A DNA stretch of 64,000 bases, taken from NCBI RefSeq assembly GCF_006345805.1, contig NC_043007.1, positions 42,594,001 to 42,658,000 on the forward strand, written 5' to 3'. Source of the DNA: Octopus sinensis (lineage: Eukaryota). The notes beneath the pieces are model-generated. The model did not search any database, was not told where the DNA came from, and saw only the letters and a list, made by a program, of their open reading frames with translations. The number at the start of each line of letters is the position of its first letter. The stretch's first letter is position 1. Shown piece by piece: positions 1-13,376 of this stretch. A program made the translations under genes and the position numbers.

Positions 1-420
1 GGACATTGCATACTGTTTATCTGTCATGGAACCTCAGATGGCTGACACGCCCAGAATTGGAAAGAGTACACACATATCCAGTACTTCATGTCCTCATTGA
101 GATTCTGAAGATAGCCTCTTATAATAGTGTTTCTGATGATAGTGTTTCAGACTTTCATGCTCAAGGTGACCCTCTTCAAAAGTTTTACAGCCTTCCCTTA
201 CATGATTCCTTCACTAAGTTCTTTCTAAAAGCCAGTTCTTCCCAGTTATTTACATTGATTTTGCAGTTCCTTCACGTTGCCTTTTATGCAGTTTTTGTAA
301 TTTTATGTAGTTTGTGCTGAGAATGCTTTCTAGTGCACAACCCACTGCCGGACAACTGCTATGGAATCCTATTATTTTCCATATGCAACATGAATCTGAG
401 TAAATATGATGAGTGATTGG
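1..420 (-). mobile_element. Decayed RTE-clade LINE, C-terminal post-RT region
   Basis: Minus-strand frames give HMENNRIP*QL...YKNCIKGNVKELQ / INVNNWEELAFRK with stops and frameshifts. This matches the RMxxxRIPKQLLYGEL...RYKDxxKxxLKxxxIxxxxWEELAxxR tail of RTE ORF2; compare the cleaner copy at 50691-51110. Confidence 0.6.
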
Positions 421-1240
421 ATGTTTGTGCATCCAGCCTTTTTAAGGACTTCTGAGTCAGCTGTTTTACTTTGCCATTTACATACATACATACATACATA
501 TATTCATATAAATGCTCATTTGTGCATCTGTATATATTTGTTTGCATTTACACTCTAGAAAAGGTTCTCACTATAACCAATGTTGTTTGTAGTTGTCCTG
601 TCAACAAATCATCCACTCATGTCACCTTTTCAAAGACATGTGGAACAAGAGCTCTCTTACATGAAAAGCAAGTGAGGATTAGTGACAGGAAAGGTATTCT
701 ATTGTAAAACAATGTCTTAATATGTTCATCCCCATGCTAGCAAGCATAAAGCAAAACAAAAACATGTATCGTCATCATCATCATCATTTCATTGTCCATG
801 TTTCAATACTTGCATGGATTGGATGGAATTTGCTGAAGTGGAGTTTTCTACAGCTGGATGCCCTTCCTGTCACCAATCCTCACCTGTTTCCAAGTCAGAT
901 AATATTTTCCCATGACCAGATATGTTTTCACAGGAGGTTGGAAACAAAGGACATCACTTGTATGATGGTGACACTCATTTCCAACTTTCATGTGAAGTTA
1001 AACCAAGGAGACAGTAACACACACACACGTGCACACATAATACACACAAGCTCACATATATGATAAGAAAATATTGTTATTAGTTTAGGAAAGAAAGGTA
1101 TATATTTTTATTGTGCGAGAAAGAAATAACCAAGTGAGTTAGTGTGGTTCATGTTTTGACTGAAAATGTACATAATGTATGTGTATATATTGAATAAATA
1201 TCTATATAACTACATGCCCTATGTATATGTGTATACACAC

Positions 1241-1315
<75 letters not shown>

Positions 1316-2241
1316 GCACTACATGGTTTTGCCACTGTGTAGCAGCTTGGGCAAGTGTTCTACTATAGCCCTAGACTGACCACAGCCTTGTGTGTGTATT
1401 TGGTGGACATAAACTGAAAGAAGCTTGTTTTATATAAATATATATATAAGTTATACCCTCCTTTCCTAAACTAATAACAATATTTTTTTCTTTAATCATG
1501 AAAATGACACAAGAAAACAGAAAATTACATTCTACAGATATTCTTCTTTCAAACAATTATTCCATTGTACATCAATATTGTCCAAAGTGTTTCACCTGCA
1601 CCCCACAGACCAATTTTTAATCACAGTGAAAGTTGAACAGTAAACAGAATAGCCATGAATTAAACTCTTGATCATATTTAATCGAGCATGGTTTTTGCCC
1701 TTCTTCACAATATTTATCTCATACAGACTGCTACTTAACCTTTACATCTGTTCTATTTTCTCTCAGCTCACAGCACCTCACAAATGTCCCATTTATATAT
1801 TTATTTGACCTGCATAACTACATCTAATTTACAACTGAAATAAAGTAGTTTCCAGTGGCTAATTAAACAAGATATTAAGTTATTAAGTCAAGGATTTTTA
1901 TGTTATTAGTAACAGAGTGCTATATGTACTGACTTGGGTATAGGTAAGACCAAATGGTTAAGAAGTTTGCTTCACATCCATTATCACAGGTTCAATCTCA
2001 TTGTGGGGTACCTTGCCAAATGTCTTTTTCTATGACTTCAAGTAGAACCAAGACAAGTGAGTGAAATTAGATAGTTGGAAACTGTATAGACAAAATGCTC
2101 CTGTAATTCAAAAGGCCAGTTTTGCCACATACCATACCATACCATATTAATTCTACTTGAGGATTATGTTAAAAGTATTACTGTATAGGGAATACTCAGC
2201 CACTTTGGCTATAATTTAATGAGGTTTCTTGTTGATTAAGC

Positions 2242-2497
2242 CAGCAGTCCCCAATCCATTTTTTTGCACCATGAACCAGTTTCATTCAAGAGGATTTTCC
2301 CATGAACTGGAAATGGATAACATATATATTAATTATTACATATATAATACATATATATAATAATTATTATATATTTTATATATATAATGCAAAAACACTA
2401 CAGGTTGCATAATCAAATAATTACAAATAAAATTTTCAAATGTGTTCTTTCTGTGCAGCCTACCAAAGGTCCATAGCCCAGTGATTGGGGACCCCTG
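2242..2497. mobile_element. hAT-type MITE
   Basis: Termini CAGCAGTCCCCAATC ... GATTGGGGACCCCTG (imperfect TIR). Flanking 8-mers GATTAAGC (2234-2241) and GATTAAAC (2498-2505) match 7/8, an 8-bp TSD typical of hAT. Confidence 0.7.
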
Positions 2498-3551
2498 GAT
2501 TAAACAGTTGGAACATCTTTATTGAGGAATCATTGAATTTCTTTGATGTCACTCATAAAATAGCAAAACAAATCAAAACATAGAAACTAATGATGGAATG
2601 TAGAAGTAACTAAAAATTAACCGTGCACATAATGATTTACTATCAGTTAGGCAGATAGCACACATCAGCACATAGATTGTTCGCTTAACTTATACACAAG
2701 AGCCAAAACCTCTTGTTTAGATTCATTAAACTGGAGTAACTTTGGCTGAGGAGACACAACAAGGTTGAAATATTGAATGTCCCAAAGTTCCTTTACTATA
2801 AGATGAATGTGTGTCTTAATACACATTCATCCTTCATCTGAAGAAAGAAATTGTTTTCCAAAGATGAAATACAATAGTGAGTGGCATATTCATGTTTGAA
2901 TATGCTGGAACATATTAAGAATTAGTACATATGTCATTGTTATGCACATGACATTTATTAACTAATTATAGCTTATAATAATAACAATATTAATATCTAG
3001 CGTTTGCACTATGTTAAATACCTGTAGAAAATAGGTGCCAATTAAACTGACTCCAGTAAATGAGTGGCATTTATTTCATCAACCCTAGAGAATGAAAAGC
3101 AAAGTCTGTTCAGGTAAAATTTGAATTTGGAACATAACTATGTACTTAACCTAACCCTTTCACAATTACATTTCTAATGAAACATGCAGATTATGTCATT
3201 CAATTAATTTTGAAAATAACAAAAGATTTCACCAGATTTAGTTAAATAACTACCATTTTTATTATTAAGAAGAAATTAGGAACACTATAAAGATACCTTA
3301 GTGAGTTTGTGTAGTTAGTTTTAAAATGTTGCTTAAAACAATGATGAAATATTTTAATTTATATCTGAAGAGCTTTAGAATAGGTAGTTTTGTATTATGG
3401 AACTAGAGACTATATCAGATGGATTGATATCAGAGAGATTAAAGAAATTTTGTCCAGCTCTCAATTGCTTCTGCTACTGCACATAAATAGATAGATAGAT
3501 AGATAGATAGTTAGTAGTAGTAGTAGTAGTGATGATAATGATATATGCTTC

Positions 3552-3777
3552 GGCGAGCTGGCAGAAACGTTAGCACGCCGGGCGAAATGCGTAGCCGTAT
3601 TTCGTCTGCCATTACGTTCTGAGTTCAAATTCCGCCAAGGTCGACTTTGCCTTTCATCCTTTCGGGGTCGATAAATTAAGTACCAGTTACACACTGGGGT
3701 CGATGTAATCGAGTTAATCCATTTGTCTGTCCTTGTTTGTCCCCTCTGTGTGTAGCCCCTTGTGGGTAGTAAAGAAA
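3552..3777 (+). mobile_element. tRNA-derived SINE, family A
   Basis: tRNA-like head with B-box GAGTTCAAATTCC and central GACTTTGCCTTTCATCCTTTCGGGGTCGATAAA..GTACCAGT block. The same sequence recurs at 26245-26460, 61190-61410 and elsewhere. Confidence 0.85.
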
Positions 3778-5021
3778 CGGATATATGCTTCTAGGTGTTT
3801 AGATCTAGAAATGAAAAAAGACCATTCCCCTTCTGAGACAGTATACTAATTTACTGAAGGTAACATTCTTACATCTGTTACCTGTTATTTGGCAGTTCAC
3901 GGAAGTGAAGCCAATCAAATAAGTGTTGTAATCTAGAGTTACAATGAAATACTTACAGCAGTTATGAACTCACTAGCTTTGATTTATCAGTCTAAACCTT
4001 AATCACTTTGCTATTTCATCTTCATAGATAGTCTGCAGTGCCAAGACTACATTCTATTTTCCCAAAAAAACCTTGACTCCAAGAAAAAGATTAGTTCCTT
4101 GATACATCATATCTCCCAGGTTTTATATATTTCCCACTGCAGATGGTATTTTGTCAAAATTAGAATGTAAAATATTTGAAAAAAAAAGCCTCTTCATGAT
4201 TAGATCTACCAAGAATTTTATTTTAAGATATCTTAATAACATAGGGATCTTTTAAATAAGCACACATTTCTAGATTTAAGTAAAGATGAATGGAATTATG
4301 GTATTCACATATTTTATTAAGTGAAATGACAACTGGGAATATAAGCCAGGCCACAGATTCAGTCTGACTGGGAGATTAGCTCTACCTTGTGAAACAACAA
4401 AAGTTCATACTTATTTGTTGTTGTTGCTTTAACCCCTTATGAACTCTGCATTTGTAGACCTACGAATCAAGGGCATTCTAATCATGACATGGTGTGCTAT
4501 TCATTTTCAGATACTTTATCTAGGACTAGGTGACCATCCCTATGGCAGGTCCAAGCATAGGTTCTCTTGCTGGCTTGCAGAGAAGAATAGTTTTAATAAG
4601 ATGTTATTGTTTTCACTTTCAGCATTTATCATTTCAGTTTTTTAACAAACACATGACTATAAGGCATTTCTTGGGTAACAGAATCATGATTTTGCAACAT
4701 ACATGCTTTTGCCAAGAGCATTAATAATGTAAGTGAAAATGTTTTCCAAATACATCCCCACATTATTAACTGCTAGCAATTGTTAACTTAAGAGATACTA
4801 ACAATTATACTAAGATTAAAATCATGGATCAATAGCTTCATAAGGATAAGTTTTAGCTTTTTCAGTTCAACACTTTAATAAAACAGAAACAACATGCACA
4901 TACATACACATATATACATGGTAAATTGCAAGAGTTTTCATAAATAAAATGAGAGGACTCAGTACATATTATAGAGTAAAACATATATTACATTATAGTA
5001 AACATAGAATGAAGGATAACA

Positions 5022-5063
<42 letters not shown>

Positions 5064-5114
5064 ATAGAGAGACAGACTGACAGAGAGCTCAGATATATAA
5101 CTAACATTTTTTTG

Positions 5115-5476
5115 TGTGGCTGTATGGTAAGTAGCTTGCTTACTAACCACATGGTTCCAGGTTCAGTCCCACTGCTATAGCCTTGGGCGGACCAAAGCCT
5201 TGCAAGTGGAATTGGTAGATGGAAACTGAAAGAAGCCTGTTGTATATATGTATATGTCTATATATGTGTGTTTGTGTGTCTGTGTTTGTCCCCCCCAACA
5301 TTGCTTGACAACCAATGCTGGTGTGTTTACATCCCCGTAACTTAGCAGTTCGGCAAAAAGAGACCGATAGAATAAGTACGTGGCTTCCAAAGAATAAGTC
5401 CTGGGGTCGATTTCCTCGACTAAAGGCAGTGCTCCAGCATGGCCACAGTCAAATGACTGAAACAAGTAAAAGAGTA
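5115..5476 (+). mobile_element. tRNA-derived SINE, family B (internal TA/TG spacer)
   Basis: Head TGGCTGTATGGTAAG...GGTTCAGTCCCACTG, internal TA/TG tract, tail CAGCATGGCCACAGTCAAATGACTGAAACAAGTAAAAGAG. Many copies in the window. Assignment to a published octopus SINE name not verified. Confidence 0.85.
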
Positions 5477-5893
5477 AATATCTCAATGAAGATTGATAAA
5501 TTCAAGTTTAGAGCAAATGAGAGAGAAAACAGTAAACATTTCTTTAATTTGTTAATATAATTGCTGATGGTATTTGATGTAGTGCTGGTGGTAATTGTTG
5601 TTGTGATGGTGATGATATTTGTCATTGTGATGGTTGTTACTTCATTCTTATGCTGGCTTTTGTGATAATTTTTCTTTTTTTCTGGTTGATGTGGTGGTGG
5701 AAGTAGTTGCAATAATATAGTTTGGTAAATTTTGTTGTTGTAACAATAAAAACAATAACAGTAGTAATAATAATACAGTTATTCTACATTGCCCGTATAG
5801 TTGTCTTAGATGATGTGATAGTGGTAGAGTAATGATTGTTGAAGTAGTAGCAGTGGTGCAGCTGATATATACAAGTAAATCAAAGTTACTTAC

Positions 5894-7888
5894 ATTGGAA
5901 TGTAGTGGGTCAAGTGGGAAAAAACTTGGTAGCTGTTGCTGTGAAGCATCTGGAAGCTCCTGATCATTATGGCTGAGTGAGGAACTTTCAGAAAACTGTG
6001 CCCATTGGCCACTGTCAATTTCATGACTGGAATGTGATTGGACGTTAGCATCAAAACTACACCAAGAGGATTCCTCTTCCTCTTTCAACTTGTCAGACAC
6101 AGCCGACTCTGTTGGCACTTGGATGTCCACAGAAAAAGGTGAAGTGGCAGCTTCAAAATCAGCCCACTCGTCTTCACTTTCTGCAACAGCTCGATTGAAC
6201 TTATTGAAATCACCAAACTCATCCTCTTCAGACTTAGTTTGACTAGTTATTGAATCACTGTTTGATGTTCTGGGCACAAAATTATCTGAAGCTGAATTAG
6301 TACCTGTTCCTGGAAAAGCACCATAATCATCGTCTGATTCTTGGTTCTCCTCTGTGGAATATTTCAGTTCAACTGTCCGGACCTGATCCGAAATGGAATA
6401 GCTCCCATCTAGACTGTCGTTACTGCGAGACTCACAGTTCTGAACCAAATCGTCATAGTCTATTGAACTCTCATCAAGACTCGGTAAATCTATTTCACTC
6501 CGTATATCTGGTGAAGAATTAGGGTTTCTAGAATTTGAGTCAAATTGAATGGATGAAGAACTCTGAATCTCTTCAGAAATGTCTTTTAGGGTGTCTTCAC
6601 CTGCTGCTAATTCATTTTCAATGCTTTCTGATGCAAATTCTTCATTTTCAGCTCGTGTAGACGACTCTTCAAAAGACGGTGTGGACGGGGAGAACAGGTT
6701 TTCAGAGACCTGGAAACTGCTGCAAGTGTTATTGCCCTGAGGTGGTAGAGGAGGTGGATTCGATGTGACAGCAAACGAGAAGTCTGCCCAGTCATCAGAA
6801 TCATCATCAAACATGCCTGACAAACAAGTGTTGGATAGATTTGAACTCACAGCTTCATTGGTTCCAGCTGTAAATTCAGATTGGGAAATAGCAGCAGAAT
6901 CTGGTGCTGTAGTAGTTAGAGGGAGAGGAGGACAGTTAGGAGAAGGAAGTGATGTTGATAATGATGGTGATGATGATGATGAGGAAGAAGAGGAGGAGGA
7001 TGGTGGAGGTGGTGGTAGTGGTGGTGGTTGTGGTGGTGGTGATGGTGAATCACCAGATTTATCAGTTTGTTGATTCATGGTGTTTGTACTAAACGAAGAT
7101 TGTTCATGTGAAGAAATGTCTTTATTTGGGTTCTGTGGATCTGTTTGGGATGTACTGTGGTCAATGTCTGTGTTAGTAGTGGTGGTAGTGTTAGTATTAT
7201 TAGAGGTGGTGGTGTTGATAAAACGTTTATCTTTATCACAACCAGAGCTATCAGCTCTACCAGTCAGCTGGTCTGTATTGATCTCAGAGAGATTACAGAA
7301 CAATTGACAATTCCCTTTCTCACCTACTTCACCATTGAAGTTATCTTCAAGTTCAGAAGAGGTACTTTTATCACAGGAATCTGGACTTTCATCCGACTTT
7401 GGAACAGGTGAGATATCAGTACTACAGTGACCAGAATCAGTCATAGAGTCTCGACCTCGACTGCCATCAAGGTTGGACAAATAGCCCAATGTCTTAGTAT
7501 CACAACTAATATTTTCAAACTCAGCAACATTTGATGCTGTTTGCATATCTTCTCCATTACTGAAGGCTTTTTCACTAAGCTCAATGTGAGGGGGCTTGTC
7601 TGGGAACAAGTTGAGGTTCTGAAGAATGGGTCGTTCACTGGTAGCTGATGCTGATGAAAGATCTTTATTTACAATGTCCCCATCTATGGTGTTGAAGTGT
7701 ATGTCTTTAAAGGCATCAAACTCAACAGTATCATCCAAATACAACCCTCTGTCAGAGGAAGGGCTTTTGACATTGTCTGCAACACCGGTGAAATTACCAA
7801 AGTCATCTTCATCGTCTTCTTCATCATTCCAAGTAATATCATCAAGAGGTGGCGGAGAACCTGATACCATCGGGATAATGTGAGACAT
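5894..7888 (-). CDS. AFTPH: Aftiphilin, large first coding exon (665 codons; gene continues at lower coordinates)
   Basis: N-terminus MSHIIPMVSGSPPPLDD...DDEDDFGNF matches the aftiphilin start (M..IIxMxSxSPPPLD...DDDxFGxF). Acidic adaptor-ear motifs: WADF (6779-6790, 6155-6166), WCSF (6053-6064), WAQF (5993-6004), EFGDF, DYGAF. Acceptor ttgcag| at 7926-7931, phase-0 donor AAT|GTAAGT at 5893-5888, in-frame TAG upstream of the ATG. Confidence 0.88.
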
Positions 7889-7925
7889 TGTAAGTCGCCA
7901 GCTACTCTACACTATTATCATCAAC
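7889..7925 (-). promoter_or_regulatory. 5'UTR part of the AFTPH exon with a 4-codon uORF (MIIV*, 7907-7921)
   Basis: Sequence after the acceptor reads g TTG ATG ATA ATA GTG TAG AGT AGC TGG CGA CTT ACA ATG. Confidence 0.6.
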
Positions 7926-8863
7926 CTGCAATGATATGAAATTAATACAATGTCAGAGAAACAGTTTTATAAAAGACACAATACAAAGGAGCTAAAAATA
8001 AAATACATTTAAAGTTTAAAAAGCTGAAAGGAAGAATAATAGAGTAAAATATATAATATTGTTGCAATTCTGTATATAAATCTGTATATCCATATACTAA
8101 ATAAATATTTTTGGCAACTTGTAATGAGGATTGAACCAATCAGTTTCATCAGATTGTGTAAATAAAATTGTGCAACTCATATTCTTGTTTACATTTTTTA
8201 TATGCATCACAATAGCCTAACATGAGCAATGAGCAAAAAAGAGCATTTATACAGACATCTGAACTATAAGAAACAACAGGTAAAATCTCCCTTTAAATCA
8301 TACTTTGTTGTTCTGAAATATAGGAATGACATATTGGATAAACTAGTTCTAGATTTATACACTATGAAAAAAAGAAAAAAAACTATAATGACAGCTAGAA
8401 CACATTTGGTGATAAGACTACAGAATCAGGACTGATCTGTGGCTACACAACAAGAATAACGATAGATGGCTTACTCAAAGTAGTAAATAATCCCTATTAG
8501 CCTACATCACAGAGAACACAAATGATACAGTGGCAAAGTAGTGATTGCATATGGATGGAAGAACCTATGATTTATGAAAAAGAATAAAATATTAGATATA
8601 TGGAGGAAATATGTAACTGCATTGTCATATAACATGAATGGACAGGAAATCTAAAGGTGCTGCAGCAAAAAGCAAAGTACAAATTGAATAATCTCAGATG
8701 AATGTGCAATGGTAATGTTTTATGAAGATTAAGCACAATTAAGTTGATTAAGTGTTAGCTGCTTTTGTTTGTTTTAATAGCTTATTCAGAACACAAAAGA
8801 CAGTTCCTATGATCCTTTTCAGGAACTCTGGGACTGGTGAGGGAAAGAGGTAAGTTACATATG

Positions 8864-8904
<41 letters not shown>

Positions 8905-9113
8905 CTTTCAAATTTGTTTACAGGAAATGTTTTGAATATGTAAATAAAGCTCCTATTCCATTATGCCACCACAGTCTAATGACGCTAACTGGTGAAGCAC
9001 TTTTTGGGGTTGCATTGAGCTATACCAATATATGTAGGATAAATGTAGTAATGATAAGAACAATCTTTTGATGGAATTTATAAACATCTAATACATTGCT
9101 ATATGCATTTCCC

Positions 9114-9655
9114 TTCTTGGGACACAAAACTCTACTTGTGAAGACGTGTTGAGGCAAGTGAGGATCAGAATCGAAATCGATCAATGGAAATTGCGGATGT
9201 GCTACCAGTGCCGGTGGCATGTCGAAACTCTGCTTGTGAAGACCCATTGAGGCAAGTGAGGATCAGAATCGAAATCGATCAATGGAAATTGCAGATGTGT
9301 TACCAGTGCCGGTGGCATGTAAGAGAACTTTCCGTTTCGCGACCGTTGCCAGCACCGCCCCGTTTCGTGTCCGTTGCCAGCCTCGCCTGGCCCTCGTGCC
9401 GGTGGCACATAAAAAGCACCATCCGTTCGTGGCCGTTTGCCAGCCCTGTCTGGCACCAGTGCGGGTGGCACGTAAAAAGCACCCACTACACTCACGGAGT
9501 GGTTGGCGTTAGGAAGGGCATCCAGCCGTAGAAACACTGCCAGATTTGACTGGGCCTGATGAAGCCTTCTGGCTTCACAGACCCCAGTAGAACCGTCCAA
9601 CCCATGCTAGCATGGAAAACGGACGCTAAATGATGATGATGATGATGATGATGAT
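9114..9655 (+). mobile_element. Family C: RTE-3'-end-derived non-autonomous retroelement with internal tandem units and (GAT)n tail
   Basis: Ends ...GGCGTTAGGAAGGGCATCCAGCC...CCATGCTAGCATGGAAAACGGACGCTAAA(TGA)n. Has a 98-bp 5' duplication (starts at 9135 and 9233). Shares its 5' end with the copy ending at 13866. Confidence 0.8.
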
Positions 9656-11429
9656 TTCCACAAATCACATGTCACTTAAGATCACAGTCTTCCTGGGATG
9701 ATTACAGTGTAGTCTATAGCACCCATGGGCATTGGGTAGATCATCTTCCTGGATTCATTTCTTCAGCTGATATTACATTAATGGATGTTTACTAGAGATA
9801 TGTTTATCCCTTTTGACCAGTATGAAGGTTGTCTACGGATACTACAATGTCCATGGATACTACAGACTACGCTAAAATCATCCCACAAATACAGACTTTG
9901 ATCTTAAGAGACATGTGATTTGTGAAAATCATCATCATCATCATCCACATAGCAATGCATTAAATGTTTATGAATTCCATCCAAAGCTTATTGTTATTAT
10001 TACTATATATATTGTATGTGTGTATATATGGTGGTGGTTGTCTACTCCTTATGCATAAGGAGTAGACAACCACCACCATATATACACACATACAATGAGC
10101 TTTTTTCAGTTTCCATCTACCAAATTCATTCACAAGTCTTTGATAAGCCTGGGGGTTATAATAGAAGACACTTACATAAGGTGTTATAGAGTGGAAATGA
10201 ACCCAAGACCACACAGTTCAGAAGCAAGTTCCCTATGGTTATGTGTAGTGCCACTTCCAGTTTTCTTAAAGTTGTTGTATATTATGAAACAGTGTATAGT
10301 TTGTTTATTTATTATATAACTTGAAAGTTCATGAGCTTCAGCCTTTGGCATATTTGGAATATGAATTAGTTTTGATAATTATGTACTGTTCAGCTTTGTG
10401 TGGTGTTGTCATGAGGCAGTGTACTGCTTATGTTTAGGCTTTTCATACTTTCCTTGCTTATGGGCTATATTTAGCCTTGCTTCTGACAAACATGGTAAAT
10501 GAATCTGTGCTAGTGTTGACAATCATGTATGGTTCAGTTATGAGTGGTATGGTGCCACACATTGTACTCAGCTTTCAGTAATTGTGAATCATACATGTAC
10601 AGTAGTGATGTGCCTTTCTGGCATTTTGAGTGTTTGTGCATACTAGCACACTGACTGTACAGTTAATGTTCTGTATTTGGAACATTTTCAAGCCTTTAGA
10701 GGATGAAATTCGGGTTGACCAACTAAAAGAACAGAGTTGTAATTGCAGAGGCATCTTATTGAGCTCTCTGCACAGGAACCATCACCAAGCTTTATGCTAT
10801 GTAAATTCAAAGAAGCCCACAAAGCCTACCACTAAAAACCTATCATGTTACAAAGCAAAAATGTTTTACTTCACCTACATTGTGTGAAGTACAGAAAAAG
10901 TAATAGAGAAAGGGTTACTCTTTATTGGGGAAGATGTCACACTTCAGAAGTGCAGTTGGGATTTGGTTTGTTAATGGAATAGGTAAAATGACATAGGTGA
11001 TAGTGTCTGGTGAAGCACTAAGAAGGGTGAATTGTGCATGCATCTGTATACATACACCAACAACAGTATCCTTTTAACATCCACTTTTCCATGCTAGCAT
11101 GTGTCAGATGGAATTTGTTAAGGAAGACTTTTCTTCACCTGGTTGCCTTTCCAGGTGCCAACACTCATCTGTTTCCAAGAATGGAAATATTTCACCATGG
11201 CCTTCTTGTCCTGCTGCGCATGCTCTCTTCAGCACTTCCGTCCTCAGGAACTCCCGACAGGGCCTACCTACTCTCCCGCCTTCACCACAGCTTCAGCTCA
11301 GTACCACACAAGGTTTTGATCAGCCCATGGCCATAAAAAAGAGATTTGCACAAGGTATCATGCAGTGGAACTGAACTGAGAACCATGTGGTTGCAAAGCA
11401 AATTTCTTACCACACAGCCTTACCACCTT

Positions 11430-11781
11430 ACACCGCCTTACTGGCACTTGTGCCGGTGGTACATGGAAAACAACATTCAAGCGAGGTCGTTGCCAGTGCC
11501 GTTGGACTGGCTCCTGTGCAGGTGACGCATAAAAACACCATTTGAGAATGGCCTTCACCAGTACTGCCTGACTGGCCCTCATACCGGTGGCACATAAAAG
11601 CACCCACTACACTCTCAGAGTGGCTGGCGTTAGGAAGGGCATCCAGCTGCAGAAACTCTGCCAGATCAGATTGGAGCCTGGTGCAGCCATCTGGTTCGCC
11701 AGTCCTCAATCAAACCATCCAACCCATGCCAGCATGGAAAGCAGACATTAAACAATGATGATGATGATGATGATGATGATG
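11430..11781 (+). mobile_element. Family C retroelement, diverged/truncated copy
   Basis: GGTGGCACATAAAAGCACCCACTACACTC...GGCGTTAGGAAGGGCATCCAGC...CATGCCAGCATGGAAAGCAGACATTAAA(GAT)n. Confidence 0.75.
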
Positions 11782-12949
11782 ACAGCCACACTATTAGTTT
11801 TCCTCCAACAAATATAAATAAAATTTCAATTAATAATTGTGAATGTAGGTAGGTTACTATTCAGTGGTCTGTGGCAACTGTATTTTTATAAATAAATTTC
11901 TAATTAATGACAAAGCTTCATTGGACAATTCTATTAGGATATCACCATAAAACCACATATACACATCCATTCACACACACACAGCTATAGACACATGAAA
12001 ACATATACATGCATTCATTCAAAAATCATAAATTCTTTACAACTGAGGATGCAAATAAGTGGCAAATAACCAGATGAATAACACTGGAAGAATACAATTG
12101 CCAAGTTTATGTTTGGAAATATTGATTAATTTTCTTGATTTGTTAATTTGTTTTGATATTATTTAACATTTTTATTTTTTTTCAAGGGAATAAATAGGGA
12201 ATTGAAGTCCTTCTTTGAGAAACAAGTTGATTAATGAAAGAACTTTGAGATAAAAGAATCCTATTAAAAGCAGGCAGCCGAAGCAGCACAACTCAAAAGT
12301 TAATGATTATAATTCTTTCAACAATTACCACTACCACCCCAACATCTTCATTATTTCTCCATGTTGCTGCATTGTTAAAATAAAAACAATAATGGCAATA
12401 AAAATTAGGGTTGGATAATAAATGTTTGATTAAAGGAAATCGAGCATGAAATATTGACATTCTAATAGTTGTAGTGAATGTGTGTTAAGAATTACATGAC
12501 ATGGTTCATACAATCTGAATAAAATTCATCCGTTGTGCAAGTAGACAGACAGAGCAACTAGCTAAAACTAGTTTCTTTCATTCTGTGCTCCCATACACTT
12601 CCAACTATCAATTCTATACACACACACATACAAAGACACAGTTATAGTCACACAGTAAGGGTTACCAGATCTACACACGAAACCTTGAAACAAATATAAT
12701 CCTCCTCTTATCCTGTAGATAACCATGACAGGGTATCATTGTGTCATGTGTGAAATTAGATCAAACTTCGTCCAGATATGATACAATATTATCAGGCTTC
12801 CATTATTAGATTAAATTTGTCTTAAACATGATTTGCATGATAATTAGACAATTATTTAGATGACACTAAATTTAAAGATTTAAAGATTAGAGCATTAAAC
12901 GGCCAAAGTATCTCCATAAATATAGTGGTAGTGGTAGCAATAATAATAC

Positions 12950-13375
12950 TTTCTACTATAGGCACAAAGCCTGTAATTTGGGGGAAGGGGATAGTCAATT
13001 ACATCTACCCCAAGACTCAGCTGCTACTTATTTTATTGACCCCAAAAGGATGAAAGGCAAAGTCAACCTCAGCAGAAATTGAATTCACAATTCAAAGATG
13101 AAAGAAATGCCACAAAGCATTTTGCCCGGCATGCTAACAATTCTGCCAGCCCACCAATAATAATTCTTTCTACTATAGACACAAGGCCTGAAATTGTAGG
13201 GGAGGGGGCTAGTCGATTATATTGACCCCAGTGCATAACTAGTACTTATTTGCTTGACCTGGAAAGGAGGAAAGGCAAAGTCAACCGCAGCAGAATTTGA
13301 ACACAGAATGTAAGGACAGACAAAATGCCATTAAAACATACTGCCCAGCTAACGATTCTGCCAGCTCACCACCAT
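12950..13375 (-). mobile_element. Two tandem family-A-related SINE copies
   Basis: Two ~210-bp units, each with GACCCC..AAAGGATGAAAGGCAAAGTCAACC..CAG..ATTTGAA and a TTTCTACTATAGGCACAAGGCCTG tail. Confidence 0.75.
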
Positions 13376-13376
13376 A

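Noticed and set aside
420-5100. Candidate downstream AFTPH exons (acceptors near 2745 and 4387, donor near 3957)
   Set aside because: Phase-0 continuations hit early stops or give no aftiphilin-like peptide; the next exon is probably outside the window.
5648-5893. C-terminal 81 aa of the 746-aa ORF, with a hydrophobic LLLLLLFLLL stretch
   Set aside because: Lies beyond a consensus GTAAGT donor and is encoded by trinucleotide low-complexity intron sequence; in-frame by chance.
9550-9587. CTGATGA plus short stem resembling a hammerhead ribozyme core
   Set aside because: No GAAA after stem II and no cleavage-site stem; it is a simple hairpin, and other family copies lack CTGATGA.
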